Shown in pieces: positions 9,579 to 19,963 of a DNA stretch of 64,000 nucleotides. Origin of the DNA: Candidatus Collierbacteria bacterium (GTDB lineage Bacteria; Patescibacteriota; Microgenomatia; UBA1400; JACPES01); the NCBI GenBank assembly GCA_016219325.1, contig JACRNH010000026.1:3098-67097 (forward strand), written 5' to 3'. Position 1 is the stretch's first letter; the number at the start of each line of letters is the position of its first letter. A program made the translations under genes and the position numbers. The notes below the pieces were generated by a model. It was not told where the DNA came from and did no database searches. It worked only from the letters and a program-made list of their open reading frames with translations.

Positions 9579-10174
9579 TGAAACAAACGATGGCGTCCAA
9601 GGCGGTAATGATAATCTTTTAGTTGTCTGTCGGCTATCTTTTTGGCCGGAACTCCTCCCGCAATTTCTCCTCCGGGAATATCCTTAGACACTACGGCTCC
9701 TGCTGCAATCACAACCCCGTCTCCGATATGAACTCCGGGTAAAATGACCGCCCTGGGGCCGATAAAAACATAATCACCTATCGCAACCGCCTGTTCAATT
9801 GCTCCGAAAAACTCATCATTAATGTTGTGTTCGCTATTATAAATTAAAACTTGGGAGGCAATGCTGGTATGACTGCCTATAGATAATTTTGCCCTGCCGT
9901 CAAGGAAACATCTATCACCGACAGATGTATCAACGCCGATTGAAATATTTTCCGGCTGATAGAACCTGCAACCCGTATGAATAGTAGAACCGTTGCCAAT
10001 CTTAACTCCCGCAAATCTATAAATATTATTTCTGATCGAGTGGAACGGAATCCAGCCGGAAAGCTCCAGTAAATAAATTTTAAAATCTAAAAAATAATTA
10101 TGAAATCTGATTATAATTTTCTTAGCGGCTTCTGAAATTGATAAGTCTTTACCGTATTTATCTTTCATATCCAA
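9575..10174 (-). CDS. Left-handed beta-helix (hexapeptide) O-acetyltransferase, WbbJ/LacA-like
   Basis: Repeated [LIV]G hexapeptide repeats IGDYVFIGPRAVILPGVHIGDGVVIAAGAVV. Confidence 0.7.
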   Translation of the reverse strand: MDMKDKYGKDLSISEAAKKIIIRFHNYFLDFKIYLLELSGWIPFHSIRNNIYRFAGVKIGNGSTIHTGCRFYQPENISIGVDTSVGDRCFLDGRAKLSIGSHTSIASQVLIYNSEHNINDEFFGAIEQAVAIGDYVFIGPRAVILPGVHIGDGVVIAAGAVVSKDIPGGEIAGGVPAKKIADRQLKDYHYRLGRHRLFQ

Positions 10175-10202
10175 ACTTCAATTATTTTCCTGCAAAGCAG
10201 GA

Positions 10203-11332
10203 TCAGGCTTCACCTGAAAATAATTTAAATAGTTTTATCATCTGGTTAGCCGCAATGTCCCAGCTAAATCGAACTGCTTTTATCATACCTTTTTTAATCA
10301 TACTTTGCCTTTGAATTTTATTCATAGACAAGACCTTCTCAATTTTTTGAGCCATATCTTTTATATTTATTGGATCAAACAAAATCCCGGCGTCACCCAC
10401 TACTTCAGGCATACTGGTAGTATTACTTGCCACAACCAAAGTTCCGACACTCATTGCTTCAACCGCCGGAATCCCAAACCCTTCATATAAACTTGGTAAA
10501 ACCAAAGCCTCCGCTCCGGCGTAAAGATCCGGCATATCTTCTTCCGGGACGTAACCCAGATATTTCACTTGTGAAGTTTGCGAAACTTCACCATTCAACA
10601 AAGGTTTCGCAAACTTCTCGTCAGCAAACTGCCGCCACGTTTTCCCCGCAATCATAAGACGGACATCCGGAAATCTATTTTTCACCTTTTCAAATGCTTT
10701 AATCAACCGTGGTAAATTCTTTTTCGGCTGCAGCGTCCCAACAAATAATAAATATTTTCCCGAAGTTCCTTCTTCCTTCTTCCTTCCTCCTTCTTCCTTA
10801 AATGCTTCGGAAACTCCCGGATATACTACTGTTATTTTCTCCGCCGGATAACCATACTCTTTCATTATTTCTCTCTTATTAAACTCGCTAATTGTGATAA
10901 CATGGTCCGCGCTTCTCACCGATTCTCTAGTCCAATTTACAAGCTGCCACAGCACAGCTGGTTTAAACGCTTCCGGGTATTTTAAAAACGATAAATCCAT
11001 GACGCAAACAACCCGCGGAACCGGAGACCATTTGGGAGCGTAATGTGACAGGGATAAAAACACATCCGGACGGGGCTTATGAAAATATAAATCCAGAGGC
11101 AATCTCCATCTAGTCCACAATCTCCCCGGCCCAATTACCCGATACTTCCAATACTCCGTCTCCTCCGGCAAATCAGCAACCGGTGGTCGCGACAAATAAA
11201 TCTGAAATTTTATTTCTTCCTTCTGCCCTATTCCTTTTTCCTTTTTCCTTTTGAACTGCTTTAGCAGTTCGAAGGCCCATACATTTACTCCTACCCTCTG
11301 TTTAATATTGGCTTCGTTTCCGTCAATTCCGA

Positions 11333-11339
<7 letters not shown>
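10203..11339 (-). CDS. GT4 family glycosyltransferase; two in-frame heptamer-repeat tracts
   Basis: EGFGIPAVEAMSVGTLVVASNTTSMPEV; low-complexity KEEGGRKKEEG and KRKKEKG segments encoded by TCTTCCT and TTCCTTT repeats. Confidence 0.7.
10766..10798. repeat. Imperfect heptanucleotide repeat (TCTTCCT)about4.7 in GT4 gene
   Basis: Read directly. Confidence 0.65.
11231..11251. repeat. Heptanucleotide repeat (TTCCTTT)3 in same GT4 gene
   Basis: Read directly. Confidence 0.65.
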
Positions 11340-12436
<1,097 letters not shown>

Positions 12437-12498
12437 AAATAATGAGCAATGAGTAGAAAGTAGAAAGTAATGAAACGATATTCATTACTCATTACTTC
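12437..12498. repeat. Intergenic inverted-repeat element family IG-A (AATGAGCAATGAGTAGAAAGTAGAAAGTAATGAA...TTCATTACTCATTACTTCTTACTCATTATTTTCT)
   Basis: Related copies at ~13273-13320 and ~30841-30930; stem AAGTAATGAA/TTCATTACTT. Confidence 0.7.
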
Positions 12499-13272
12499 TT
12501 ACTCATTATTTTCTATTTCCACAAAGAATATCTGTCTATAGAACGGCGGCCTTTCTAATAACATGAGCAATGGGATGAAAGGCAATAAAATCTTTCTAAA
12601 AAAAACATTTACCCAAAAATTAGAACTAATCCAACCGCGCATTAAAAACTTTCTGGTCAACATGTTTTCGTTGCCGGAAACAGTCAATTTAATCTTTCTA
12701 TCCAACCTTTTAGATGCCTTATCAATAAATGCAATTATATCAGTTTTGTCAGGCAAACCGTATTCAACCTGTTCTTTTAGAAACGTAAATTCTGTTTTAT
12801 GAGTTTTTAAATACTCATGACGCAACTCCTGGTCATGTCTTGAAGCTTCGGAACCGCAAGGAGCCCCGATAACAACGCCCGATTTTGACACTCTAATCAT
12901 CTCAAAGATAGACTTCTCCCTTACACCTGGCGATAAATGCTCTAGCATATCTGAACTAATTACCATGTCAAATGATTTGTCGGCAAAATCCAATTTTTCC
13001 GCTTTACCGACTACCCTGATTAAGTTTGGATGAAATGGAGGTTTGAATTCAACATCCACTCCTGTCACTGGCAATTTCAAATATGGAGTTATACCTAATC
13101 CCCCAGATCCGACTTCCAATATTGTAAGCTCCTTTTTTCCCTTAGCCCTTAGCCCTTGTCCTTTGACCTTTATCCACTCCACCATCGGCAAATATCTCAT
13201 TGCCAATTCCGGATGCCACCTGTACCACGGAGTGTGCTTTAATGCCAAAATTTCTTTTAACAAATTACTCAT
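12499..13272 (-). CDS. Class I SAM-dependent methyltransferase
   Basis: LEVGSGGLG glycine-rich motif I; DMVISSDMLEHL motif. Confidence 0.6.
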   Translation of the reverse strand: MSNLLKEILALKHTPWYRWHPELAMRYLPMVEWIKVKGQGLRAKGKKELTILEVGSGGLGITPYLKLPVTGVDVEFKPPFHPNLIRVVGKAEKLDFADKSFDMVISSDMLEHLSPGVREKSIFEMIRVSKSGVVIGAPCGSEASRHDQELRHEYLKTHKTEFTFLKEQVEYGLPDKTDIIAFIDKASKRLDRKIKLTVSGNENMLTRKFLMRGWISSNFWVNVFFRKILLPFIPLLMLLERPPFYRQIFFVEIENNE

Positions 13273-13320
13273 TACTCTTTACTCATTACTATTTACTCAT
13301 TATTTTCTACTCATTATCTT
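13273..13320. repeat. IG-A partial copy (TACTCATT heptamer-like repeats ...TACTCATTATTTTCTACTCATTATC)
   Basis: Read directly. Confidence 0.55.
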
Positions 13321-14734
13321 TCACCCAATGTTCAACCGTTACTCCCCGGAAATGCTGTTGATAGGTTCTGTTAAAATTCCGCGATTCCAGTAGCTGGCGG
13401 GTAGAGTCATCGGCATCAAAAATAGGTTGAGCGTATGGTATATACCAAAGAGATGGATAATAGATAATGGATGATGGATGAAGAGATGAGACATCAATTA
13501 CGCTTGATCTGCCCCGATTGTAATAATCAAACGGCGGTCTTACTGCCGGATGAATAACCACCATAGCTCCGGGTTCCCGCTTTTCTACATCAGCTACCGC
13601 CCCGGCCCAGTTTTCCCGGCGGTAAGTATCGCCGGAAACATAAACTGCCGAAGAGATCATCAACCCCAATACCATCGGTTCCAATAACCAACGCTGGCGG
13701 ATAGTCCCGGCGGCAGCCAAAATTAAAACCGGAGGCAAAATAAATAATAATCTGAAATAAGAAAAAACTGGAATAAAAATTCCGATTACCGCTCCTAGCC
13801 CCGTCGGCCAAATTATCCAACCCAATAAAATCATTAAAACCCGTTTAGACTCCTGTTTTTCAGACAACTCTTTAATTCCGCTAATTGCCAAAAACCAAAA
13901 AGCGGCACCAAGAATGACCGTCAATATAAGCAAACCTTCGGAATCCGGAAAAGGGATTCTGCCTGTCACAAATTTAATTGCTACCAACAATAAGTTTTTA
14001 ACCGATGTTTGGCTTAATTGCGCCCAAACAGGATTTCCGGCAGCAGACAGCCCTGATGCCAATTGCTTAAATAACATTGGGATCCATGGAATTACGGCCA
14101 CCAACGGCAAAATGTATTTTTTACCGGTGATAAGCAATAAGGGCAATAACAGCCAAACTAAATAATGGGAATATAATCCTACAGCGAAAAGCATTGTAAA
14201 TAAAATATAACTAATTCCTAATTTATTTTTCAGGGATTCATTTTTAATTAAAAAGTAAAAAGCGCAGGCAGTAAAAAAGGCTGCCATTGAGTACATCCTT
14301 GCTTCCTGGGAGTAATAAATCAGCAGGCCGGAAAAAGCAGCGAAAATAGCGCTGACATGCGAAGCTCTTAACGATAATCCGGAAACGCCTATAAAATCGT
14401 CTTTTTTACCTAAAATCAATTTGGAAATTTTATAAGTTAAATAAACAATTCCTATCCCAAATAAGACAGATGGGAAACGCAGCGAAATTTCCGAATCACC
14501 AAATACCTTAACCCAAAACCATAGTAATAAATGATGTGCCGGAGGATTGAAATCTCCGGCCATATAGCCAAATAACAATTGTTTTAAACTAAAAGATGTT
14601 ACCGCCCACCATTCTATCGCTTCATCTAACCACAATGATTGACTAAGTCCTACTAATCTTATCCAAAAACCAACTATCAATATTATTAACAGCCAAAACT
14701 TGTCAGATGGCGAAGATTTAAAAAATTTATGCAT
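13307..14734 (-). CDS. GT-C fold membrane glycosyltransferase (ArnT/PMT-like)
   Basis: Polytopic; LWLDEAIEWW in first loop (DE motif of GT39/83 family). Confidence 0.55.
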   Translation of the reverse strand: MHKFFKSSPSDKFWLLIILIVGFWIRLVGLSQSLWLDEAIEWWAVTSFSLKQLLFGYMAGDFNPPAHHLLLWFWVKVFGDSEISLRFPSVLFGIGIVYLTYKISKLILGKKDDFIGVSGLSLRASHVSAIFAAFSGLLIYYSQEARMYSMAAFFTACAFYFLIKNESLKNKLGISYILFTMLFAVGLYSHYLVWLLLPLLLITGKKYILPLVAVIPWIPMLFKQLASGLSAAGNPVWAQLSQTSVKNLLLVAIKFVTGRIPFPDSEGLLILTVILGAAFWFLAISGIKELSEKQESKRVLMILLGWIIWPTGLGAVIGIFIPVFSYFRLLFILPPVLILAAAGTIRQRWLLEPMVLGLMISSAVYVSGDTYRRENWAGAVADVEKREPGAMVVIHPAVRPPFDYYNRGRSSVIDVSSLHPSSIIYYPSLWYIPYAQPIFDADDSTRQLLESRNFNRTYQQHFRGVTVEHWVKDNE

Positions 14735-15615
14735 TATTTCGACGGTTTTCCCTTAAACGTAAATTCTATGACTCCAATTGTTGCTGCCGATTTAATAACC
14801 AGCAGAAACAACGGATATAATGTTAGCAAACTCAACAATCCTTCGCTAACTTTCCCTTTTCCCCTGATCGCCTTGATTACTCCTGCACCGACTGCCCACA
14901 ATGGAAATTCTTTTATCAATCCCCCCAAGATCCCGAATTTATAATTTCTTTTACCAGCCCATCTGGCCTGAATAAAAGCTTCTGACAAATTTTCCGGATT
15001 ATAATGATAAAATCTGGCTTTAGTTTCAGTAGCTTTAGTCCCAAGCTTTTCGCTTAAACTCCAATCGTCGTTATAGCCTTTATTTTCGTCAAATCCGCCA
15101 GCCCTGTCAAATTCTGTTCTTAAAATCGCCCGAAACACCGGCGCCGTTTCCGGATAATCTACCGGAATTGACCGCGGCTCATAGATGCCTTTGGCATAAT
15201 TCCAGAATCTGCTAAAACGGTTATTCCAGTTGACAACATATTCCAGTTTGGAGAAAGTTCCTTTTGATTTTCCTTCTTGAATCGGTTTAACTAAATCTGC
15301 CAAGAACGTCCGACTAAATATCATGTCCGCATCCACAAACACCAAAATATCCCCTGTCGAATGTTTTGTCCCCAAGTTCCTCGCCGCCCCCGCTCCCAAG
15401 TGCTTTTGCCTTAAAACTACCACGTCATTGCGAGGGGTGTACCGTCCGGTACGCCCCGTGGCAATCTCGACTTCTCTCTCCGTCCCATCCGTCGAACCAT
15501 CATCAACGATGATCACTTCTTTCGGCTTTAACGTCTGGCCAGCCAATGACTCCAGGCACCTGCCAATAACTTTCTCCTCGTTATAAACTGGAATTACTAC
15601 CGATATATCTTTCAT
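14734..15615 (-). CDS. GT2 family glycosyltransferase; carries P3 in-frame element
   Basis: ISVVIPVYNEEKVIGRCL...IIVDDGSTDGT...DADM. Confidence 0.65.
   Translation of the reverse strand: MKDISVVIPVYNEEKVIGRCLESLAGQTLKPKEVIIVDDGSTDGTEREVEIATGRTGRYTPRNDVVVLRQKHLGAGAARNLGTKHSTGDILVFVDADMIFSRTFLADLVKPIQEGKSKGTFSKLEYVVNWNNRFSRFWNYAKGIYEPRSIPVDYPETAPVFRAILRTEFDRAGGFDENKGYNDDWSLSEKLGTKATETKARFYHYNPENLSEAFIQARWAGKRNYKFGILGGLIKEFPLWAVGAGVIKAIRGKGKVSEGLLSLLTLYPLFLLVIKSAATIGVIEFTFKGKPSK
15424..15467. repeat. P3 element GTCATTGCGAGG-N19-CGTGGCAATCT in GT2 gene (encodes ...EIATGRTGRYTPRND)
   Basis: Shared with ~16396-16428 and ~35718-35750. Confidence 0.75.
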
Positions 15616-15683
15616 AACTTGACTCTTGACAGATACTATATATAATCACATCAATTAAAAGATTATCTCATAAAAATCCTATT

Positions 15684-16046
15684 ATGAATCCCGAACCAGA
15701 AATAAATAGTTTTGATTTGGCAAGAATAGTAATTGGCGATTCAATCCGCTCTGTTTATACTGACCCAAACTTATTAAAGGGGACAACTTTAGAAGATATT
15801 TTAGATCGACTTAATGACAAAGAGGGGGATTTAATGGTTCAAAGCGTTTTAGCAGGATATGCCGCTTCGGAACATGCAATGGTTGCTTCTGGTGAACCGA
15901 TAAATCTTGATAAACGTTTACTTGGGAAAAAATTGAATATTAGTGCTGTAAAACTTAAAGTCGAACTCAAAAAACAACTCTCTGAATTTTTAAGCCTCGA
16001 AGAAGAACCACGTCGAATTTTTCTTCAAGGACTGCTCTCTAAATAA
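15684..16046 (+). CDS. Hypothetical protein, 120 aa; only plus-strand gene inside a 20-kb minus-strand array
   Basis: ORF with ATG; no recognisable motif; acidic/charged; convergent 8-nt overlap with GT4 gene. Confidence 0.3.
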   Translation: MNPEPEINSFDLARIVIGDSIRSVYTDPNLLKGTTLEDILDRLNDKEGDLMVQSVLAGYAASEHAMVASGEPINLDKRLLGKKLNISAVKLKVELKKQLSEFLSLEEEPRRIFLQGLLSK

Positions 16047-17049
16047 TACCTTCAAACTCCTCTAAATATCTGACTGCAATCTTTTTCCAATCAAACTTTT
16101 TCGCCTGCTTTACTGGTTTATCCCTCCAATCAATCTTCGCCGCCGTTTCTAAACATCTCGCGTATTCCTCATTATCTTCCGGATTCTTAACAAAAACTCC
16201 AGAACTACCGATCATCTCTCTTCGCAAGGAATCGTCTGTCGCGACAACCGGAAGGTTACAGGCTATTGCCTCAAGATAAACCAATCCGAAAGCCTCATAA
16301 GATTCGGACGCCAAAGTAAACACATCCGCCGCCCGCAAATATTTCGCCACTTGATTGTGTGGTGTTACCAATCGCAAATACCTCTTGCTTTCACCGTCAT
16401 TGCGAGGAACAGGGCGACGCGGCAATCTCGTCAGATCGCCACGCTTCGCTCGCGATGACAAACCGTTCAACAACCGATTTCCTAATGCATCAATCTTTTT
16501 CTCCAGCGGACCCTCTCCTAGAATCAATAAGCTGCCTCTTTCCAGCTTCGCTACCGCCTTCACCACCTCCCCTACTCTTTTGTAGGAAACAAGATGAGAA
16601 ACTGTAATAAAAATCGGCCGCTCCAAATTAACGTCTGCCTGCTTGACATTCGGATTAAACTTTTCCAAATCAACTCCGTGGGGAATTTTGACAATTTTGA
16701 TGAACGGATTAACTTTTTTCGCCCATTCGTAACCTTTCTGCGAAAAAGCAATGAACAAATCCGGAAACATATATAAATTCCACCTGTCGTCCCGGCCGAT
16801 CCCGGCGTGTCCGCCCAAAACCAACTTAGTGCCTGTAAGCCATGAACAGAGACGGCAGCCGAATGCCTGCCAGTAACCGTTCAGCGGATAAATGATGTCC
16901 GGCCTCCGGCCAATTAACTGCCAGGCCGAAGTCAAAATCTCAATCTGATGTTTCCCACCCAGCCGTTGTCCTAACTCCTTTACATAATTCTCTACTCCTC
17001 TTTCAACTTTTCCCTGATAACGGCTGATAAAAACAATTTTCATTTTCAA
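16039..17049 (-). CDS. GT4 family glycosyltransferase; carries P3 in-frame element
   Basis: SESYEAFGLVYLEAIACNLPVVATDD C-terminal GT-B motif. Confidence 0.65.
   Translation of the reverse strand: MKMKIVFISRYQGKVERGVENYVKELGQRLGGKHQIEILTSAWQLIGRRPDIIYPLNGYWQAFGCRLCSWLTGTKLVLGGHAGIGRDDRWNLYMFPDLFIAFSQKGYEWAKKVNPFIKIVKIPHGVDLEKFNPNVKQADVNLERPIFITVSHLVSYKRVGEVVKAVAKLERGSLLILGEGPLEKKIDALGNRLLNGLSSRAKRGDLTRLPRRPVPRNDGESKRYLRLVTPHNQVAKYLRAADVFTLASESYEAFGLVYLEAIACNLPVVATDDSLRREMIGSSGVFVKNPEDNEEYARCLETAAKIDWRDKPVKQAKKFDWKKIAVRYLEEFEGII
16396..16428. repeat. P3 element GTCATTGCGAGG-N10-CGCGGCAATCT in GT4 gene (RLPRRPVPRND)
   Basis: Read directly. Confidence 0.75.
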
Positions 17050-17118
17050 TATTTATTTAAACAATTCATGTAGATTTAACATGCTATAGCAGAGTCAATC
17101 TACATAATTCATAATCAA

Positions 17119-19905
17119 TTATAAATTAAAATAGTGATCCTTATATTCTGCCAAATCAGCGGTATTTAGATACAACCTAAAATCCTGTTCCCGATCTATC
17201 AACTTTAATTTATCATCTTTCGGTTCATAAGGCGAAATTATGAATTTTGTAGCAGTTTGAGCCAACAGTTCAGCGCTTGGTTGTGGTTGCTGATTGAAAA
17301 CCGAATATGGAGGCAAAATCGGAAAATAATCTTTTTCCGTAAATCCTCCGGCTTTTTGTAAATAATTAACGAATCTCGTCAATTGAATCGGATTATTCCC
17401 GCCTAAAAGCGCAATCCCCATTTTTTGGGCTGTCAACCTATCCAAACAGCCTATCGCGCAATAAACCCGTGTCAAAGATCCTACCGACGCCATGGTTTGA
17501 TAAAACCTAAACGGAATATCATCTTTAATTGCTTGCCTGCGGGAAAAAATTCCACGGTCGAAATATGCGAATTCCAACAATATGGCAATCACTATTGCTC
17601 CGGCTAATAATTTAGATTTTTTTGTCAACCGACTGATTATTTGGGGAACAAATATCGCCATAGCTAATGACATGAAAATCCACGGCCTGGTAGTAATCCG
17701 CAACAGGGAAAATCCGGGGAGCAATTTAATCAAAAAATAAAACGGGGTTTTGATATTAAAGGCGACCAATGGAATAAGCCCCAACCAGACAATCCAAAAT
17801 AAGGCCCGGCCTTGCCTTAGCAAGGCCGGGCCTTTAAATACCAAATATATAACAACCAGTAAAACCGGTGTCAACCCTAAATACAAAATCTCTTCATTTT
17901 GCAATAAAGGATGGCTTCCGGCCAACGGGAAAAATAAGCTTTTAAATATTTTCATCCAACTCCAAAAAGGTAATGGCGCTTCCTGCAAATTCGCCCTGAC
18001 GGTTTGATTCCCGAATAATGCCAAAGGCAGCCAGCGGGGAATGGTTAAAATGAGTGCGGCAATCAACGTCTTAAGCATTTTAAGGCCTGGCCTTGCTGCT
18101 GTAGCAAGGCCAGGCCTTTTAAAAATAATCAAATAATATATAACTACGAACAGAATTGAATAGTACCCAATATTCAAATTATTGATAATAATCGCCGCCA
18201 ATGAAATTGCCGTCCAACCAAACCTTTTATTTTTTAATGCCCAATATAAAAACGGCAGCCAACTGGCGGCAATAACTAAACTCCAGTTCCCTTCTTCAAT
18301 ATGACTTATTATTTTCGGCGACAACACAAACATTCCCATCCCTAATAACACCAATCTCCACGATACTCCTGATTCATTCAATATTTTTTTAACTCCCCAG
18401 CCGGCTAATACCAAATGGCCAATCAGTAAAATCAAAAATCCCAATTCCAACGGCAGAAGCAATAGAATGTAATTTGGGGGATACCATAAAAAGTTTTGCG
18501 GATCTAAAAAGTATGGCATTCCGGCCATAATCCAAGGATTCCACACCGGAAATTTTCCGGCCAGCAAACTATTTTTGAAGAATAACGCGTCGGGCAAAAA
18601 CTGGGTGGTTAAATCGTTTCCGCGATAAAACAGCCGGTTAAAAATTCCCCGGCTAAAACCTTTGTCTAAAACCTCAAATTGCTTCCCACTCATTGACGAA
18701 AAATAAATTTCCGGATTATCTTTATAATTCTTTACCCGACTCAAAATCCTCTTCTGGCTCTCTGAATCAGAACCTAAATATTCTTCTGTCAATTTTTGAG
18801 AGATAATCCCTCTGGTGGTGCTCCAATGGTTTGAGTAATTAAAATTTACAAACAGAAATGACAACGACAACACGATTACTGACGCTATAACCATCGTCAT
18901 TCCGGGCCCTTCGGTCCTGAGACTTTCAGGATCTAAGGGCTTGACCCGGAATCTATTCAAGTAGATTCCAGCTTGCGCTGGGATGACACTGTTTTTTCCT
19001 AATTCAATCATCATCAAGGCAATTCCGAAAATCGCGTATGCCGCCAATAAGTGATTCTCAAATCCCGATACCGGTAAAATCCCTAAAAAATAAAACACCA
19101 TTCCTTTAATTAATTTCTGACGGAATATCAAAATTAAAAAGACAGCCGGAATTAAACTGCCAACCGTTAACCAAAACGGAAAATTTCTGATTCCTTCGGG
19201 GATAAATAACGCTCTCAATCCGTACCATTTCAGCGAAGAAATAATTCCCAATAAGTTCGTTGAAATCGTGTAATCGGCATTTGGAGAAAACGGGTTAGCT
19301 AGAAACTTGGCTCCGATCAAGAATAGACCGGCGACCAATCCGAGAACGGCCATTCTTTTCTGCTTAAACCAAATCCACCAAACAATCGGCAAAAAAACTA
19401 CAACTTCATGCGACAAAATTCCGAATAAATATAAAATGAGCCCACAAGTTTGTGCTAAAAAGGCTTGGCCTTGCTTCGCAAGGCCAAGCCTTAATAAATA
19501 AGTCGACGTCAACCCAAAACTCACCGCGATCTCTATATCAACTTGAGTCAGCCAATTTAAAACCACAAAATGAGCCGGATTCACCGCGTAAAAAAGCATT
19601 AAGTAAAAACTCTTATTTTTCAATAATTTCCACAACAAAACAATATTTATAAGATGGATAGAAAGTCCAAGCAAATGAAATCCACCGGCATCCAAACCGG
19701 ACAGTCCGCTCCCTATCCAAAAGAATAATTGTTGGCCAACTGGCCGATAAAACGCTTCTGAATGATGATCAAATATTTTTGCGAAAGGTTGTTTATAAAC
19801 ATGAGACAAAAATACCCAATCGTCTTGAGAAAAATAAGTTCCGAGCGTCGGAGCAAACACAACCGCCGCCGCAATCAAAATAATTCCCAACTGCCAAAAT
19901 TTCAT
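17119..19905 (-). CDS. Large polytopic membrane protein, YfhO-family-like (928 aa), putative polymer glycosyltransferase; three in-frame P1 palindromes
   Basis: Many TM segments; GKFPVWNPWIMAGMPYFLDPQNFLWYPPNY resembles the YfhO FPLWNP...G.P motif; N-terminal FSQDDW region. Confidence 0.45.
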   Translation of the reverse strand: MKFWQLGIILIAAAVVFAPTLGTYFSQDDWVFLSHVYKQPFAKIFDHHSEAFYRPVGQQLFFWIGSGLSGLDAGGFHLLGLSIHLINIVLLWKLLKNKSFYLMLFYAVNPAHFVVLNWLTQVDIEIAVSFGLTSTYLLRLGLAKQGQAFLAQTCGLILYLFGILSHEVVVFLPIVWWIWFKQKRMAVLGLVAGLFLIGAKFLANPFSPNADYTISTNLLGIISSLKWYGLRALFIPEGIRNFPFWLTVGSLIPAVFLILIFRQKLIKGMVFYFLGILPVSGFENHLLAAYAIFGIALMMIELGKNSVIPAQAGIYLNRFRVKPLDPESLRTEGPGMTMVIASVIVLSLSFLFVNFNYSNHWSTTRGIISQKLTEEYLGSDSESQKRILSRVKNYKDNPEIYFSSMSGKQFEVLDKGFSRGIFNRLFYRGNDLTTQFLPDALFFKNSLLAGKFPVWNPWIMAGMPYFLDPQNFLWYPPNYILLLLPLELGFLILLIGHLVLAGWGVKKILNESGVSWRLVLLGMGMFVLSPKIISHIEEGNWSLVIAASWLPFLYWALKNKRFGWTAISLAAIIINNLNIGYYSILFVVIYYLIIFKRPGLATAARPGLKMLKTLIAALILTIPRWLPLALFGNQTVRANLQEAPLPFWSWMKIFKSLFFPLAGSHPLLQNEEILYLGLTPVLLVVIYLVFKGPALLRQGRALFWIVWLGLIPLVAFNIKTPFYFLIKLLPGFSLLRITTRPWIFMSLAMAIFVPQIISRLTKKSKLLAGAIVIAILLEFAYFDRGIFSRRQAIKDDIPFRFYQTMASVGSLTRVYCAIGCLDRLTAQKMGIALLGGNNPIQLTRFVNYLQKAGGFTEKDYFPILPPYSVFNQQPQPSAELLAQTATKFIISPYEPKDDKLKLIDREQDFRLYLNTADLAEYKDHYFNL
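17800..17835. repeat. P1 palindrome (spacer CTTA), in-frame in YfhO-like gene
   Basis: Read directly. Confidence 0.85.
18081..18119. repeat. P1 variant AAGGCCTGGCCTTGC-TGCTGTA-GCAAGGCCAGGCCTT, in-frame in YfhO-like gene
   Basis: Read directly; compensatory C/T-G/A change keeps palindrome. Confidence 0.8.
19459..19493. repeat. P1 variant AAGGCTTGGCCTTGC-TTC-GCAAGGCCAAGCCTT, in-frame in YfhO-like gene
   Basis: Read directly; compensatory changes keep palindrome. Confidence 0.8.
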
Positions 19906-19963
19906 ATTTTTGATACTTCAATTATTTTCCTGCAGAGCAGGATCAGTCTTTGCCTGAAAATAA

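Noticed and set aside
17050-17118. 9-bp inverted repeat ATGTAGATT...AATCTACAT in the gap between 17119..19905 and 16039..17049
   Set aside because: Short stem and a single occurrence; could be a terminator or operator, but evidence is too thin to call.
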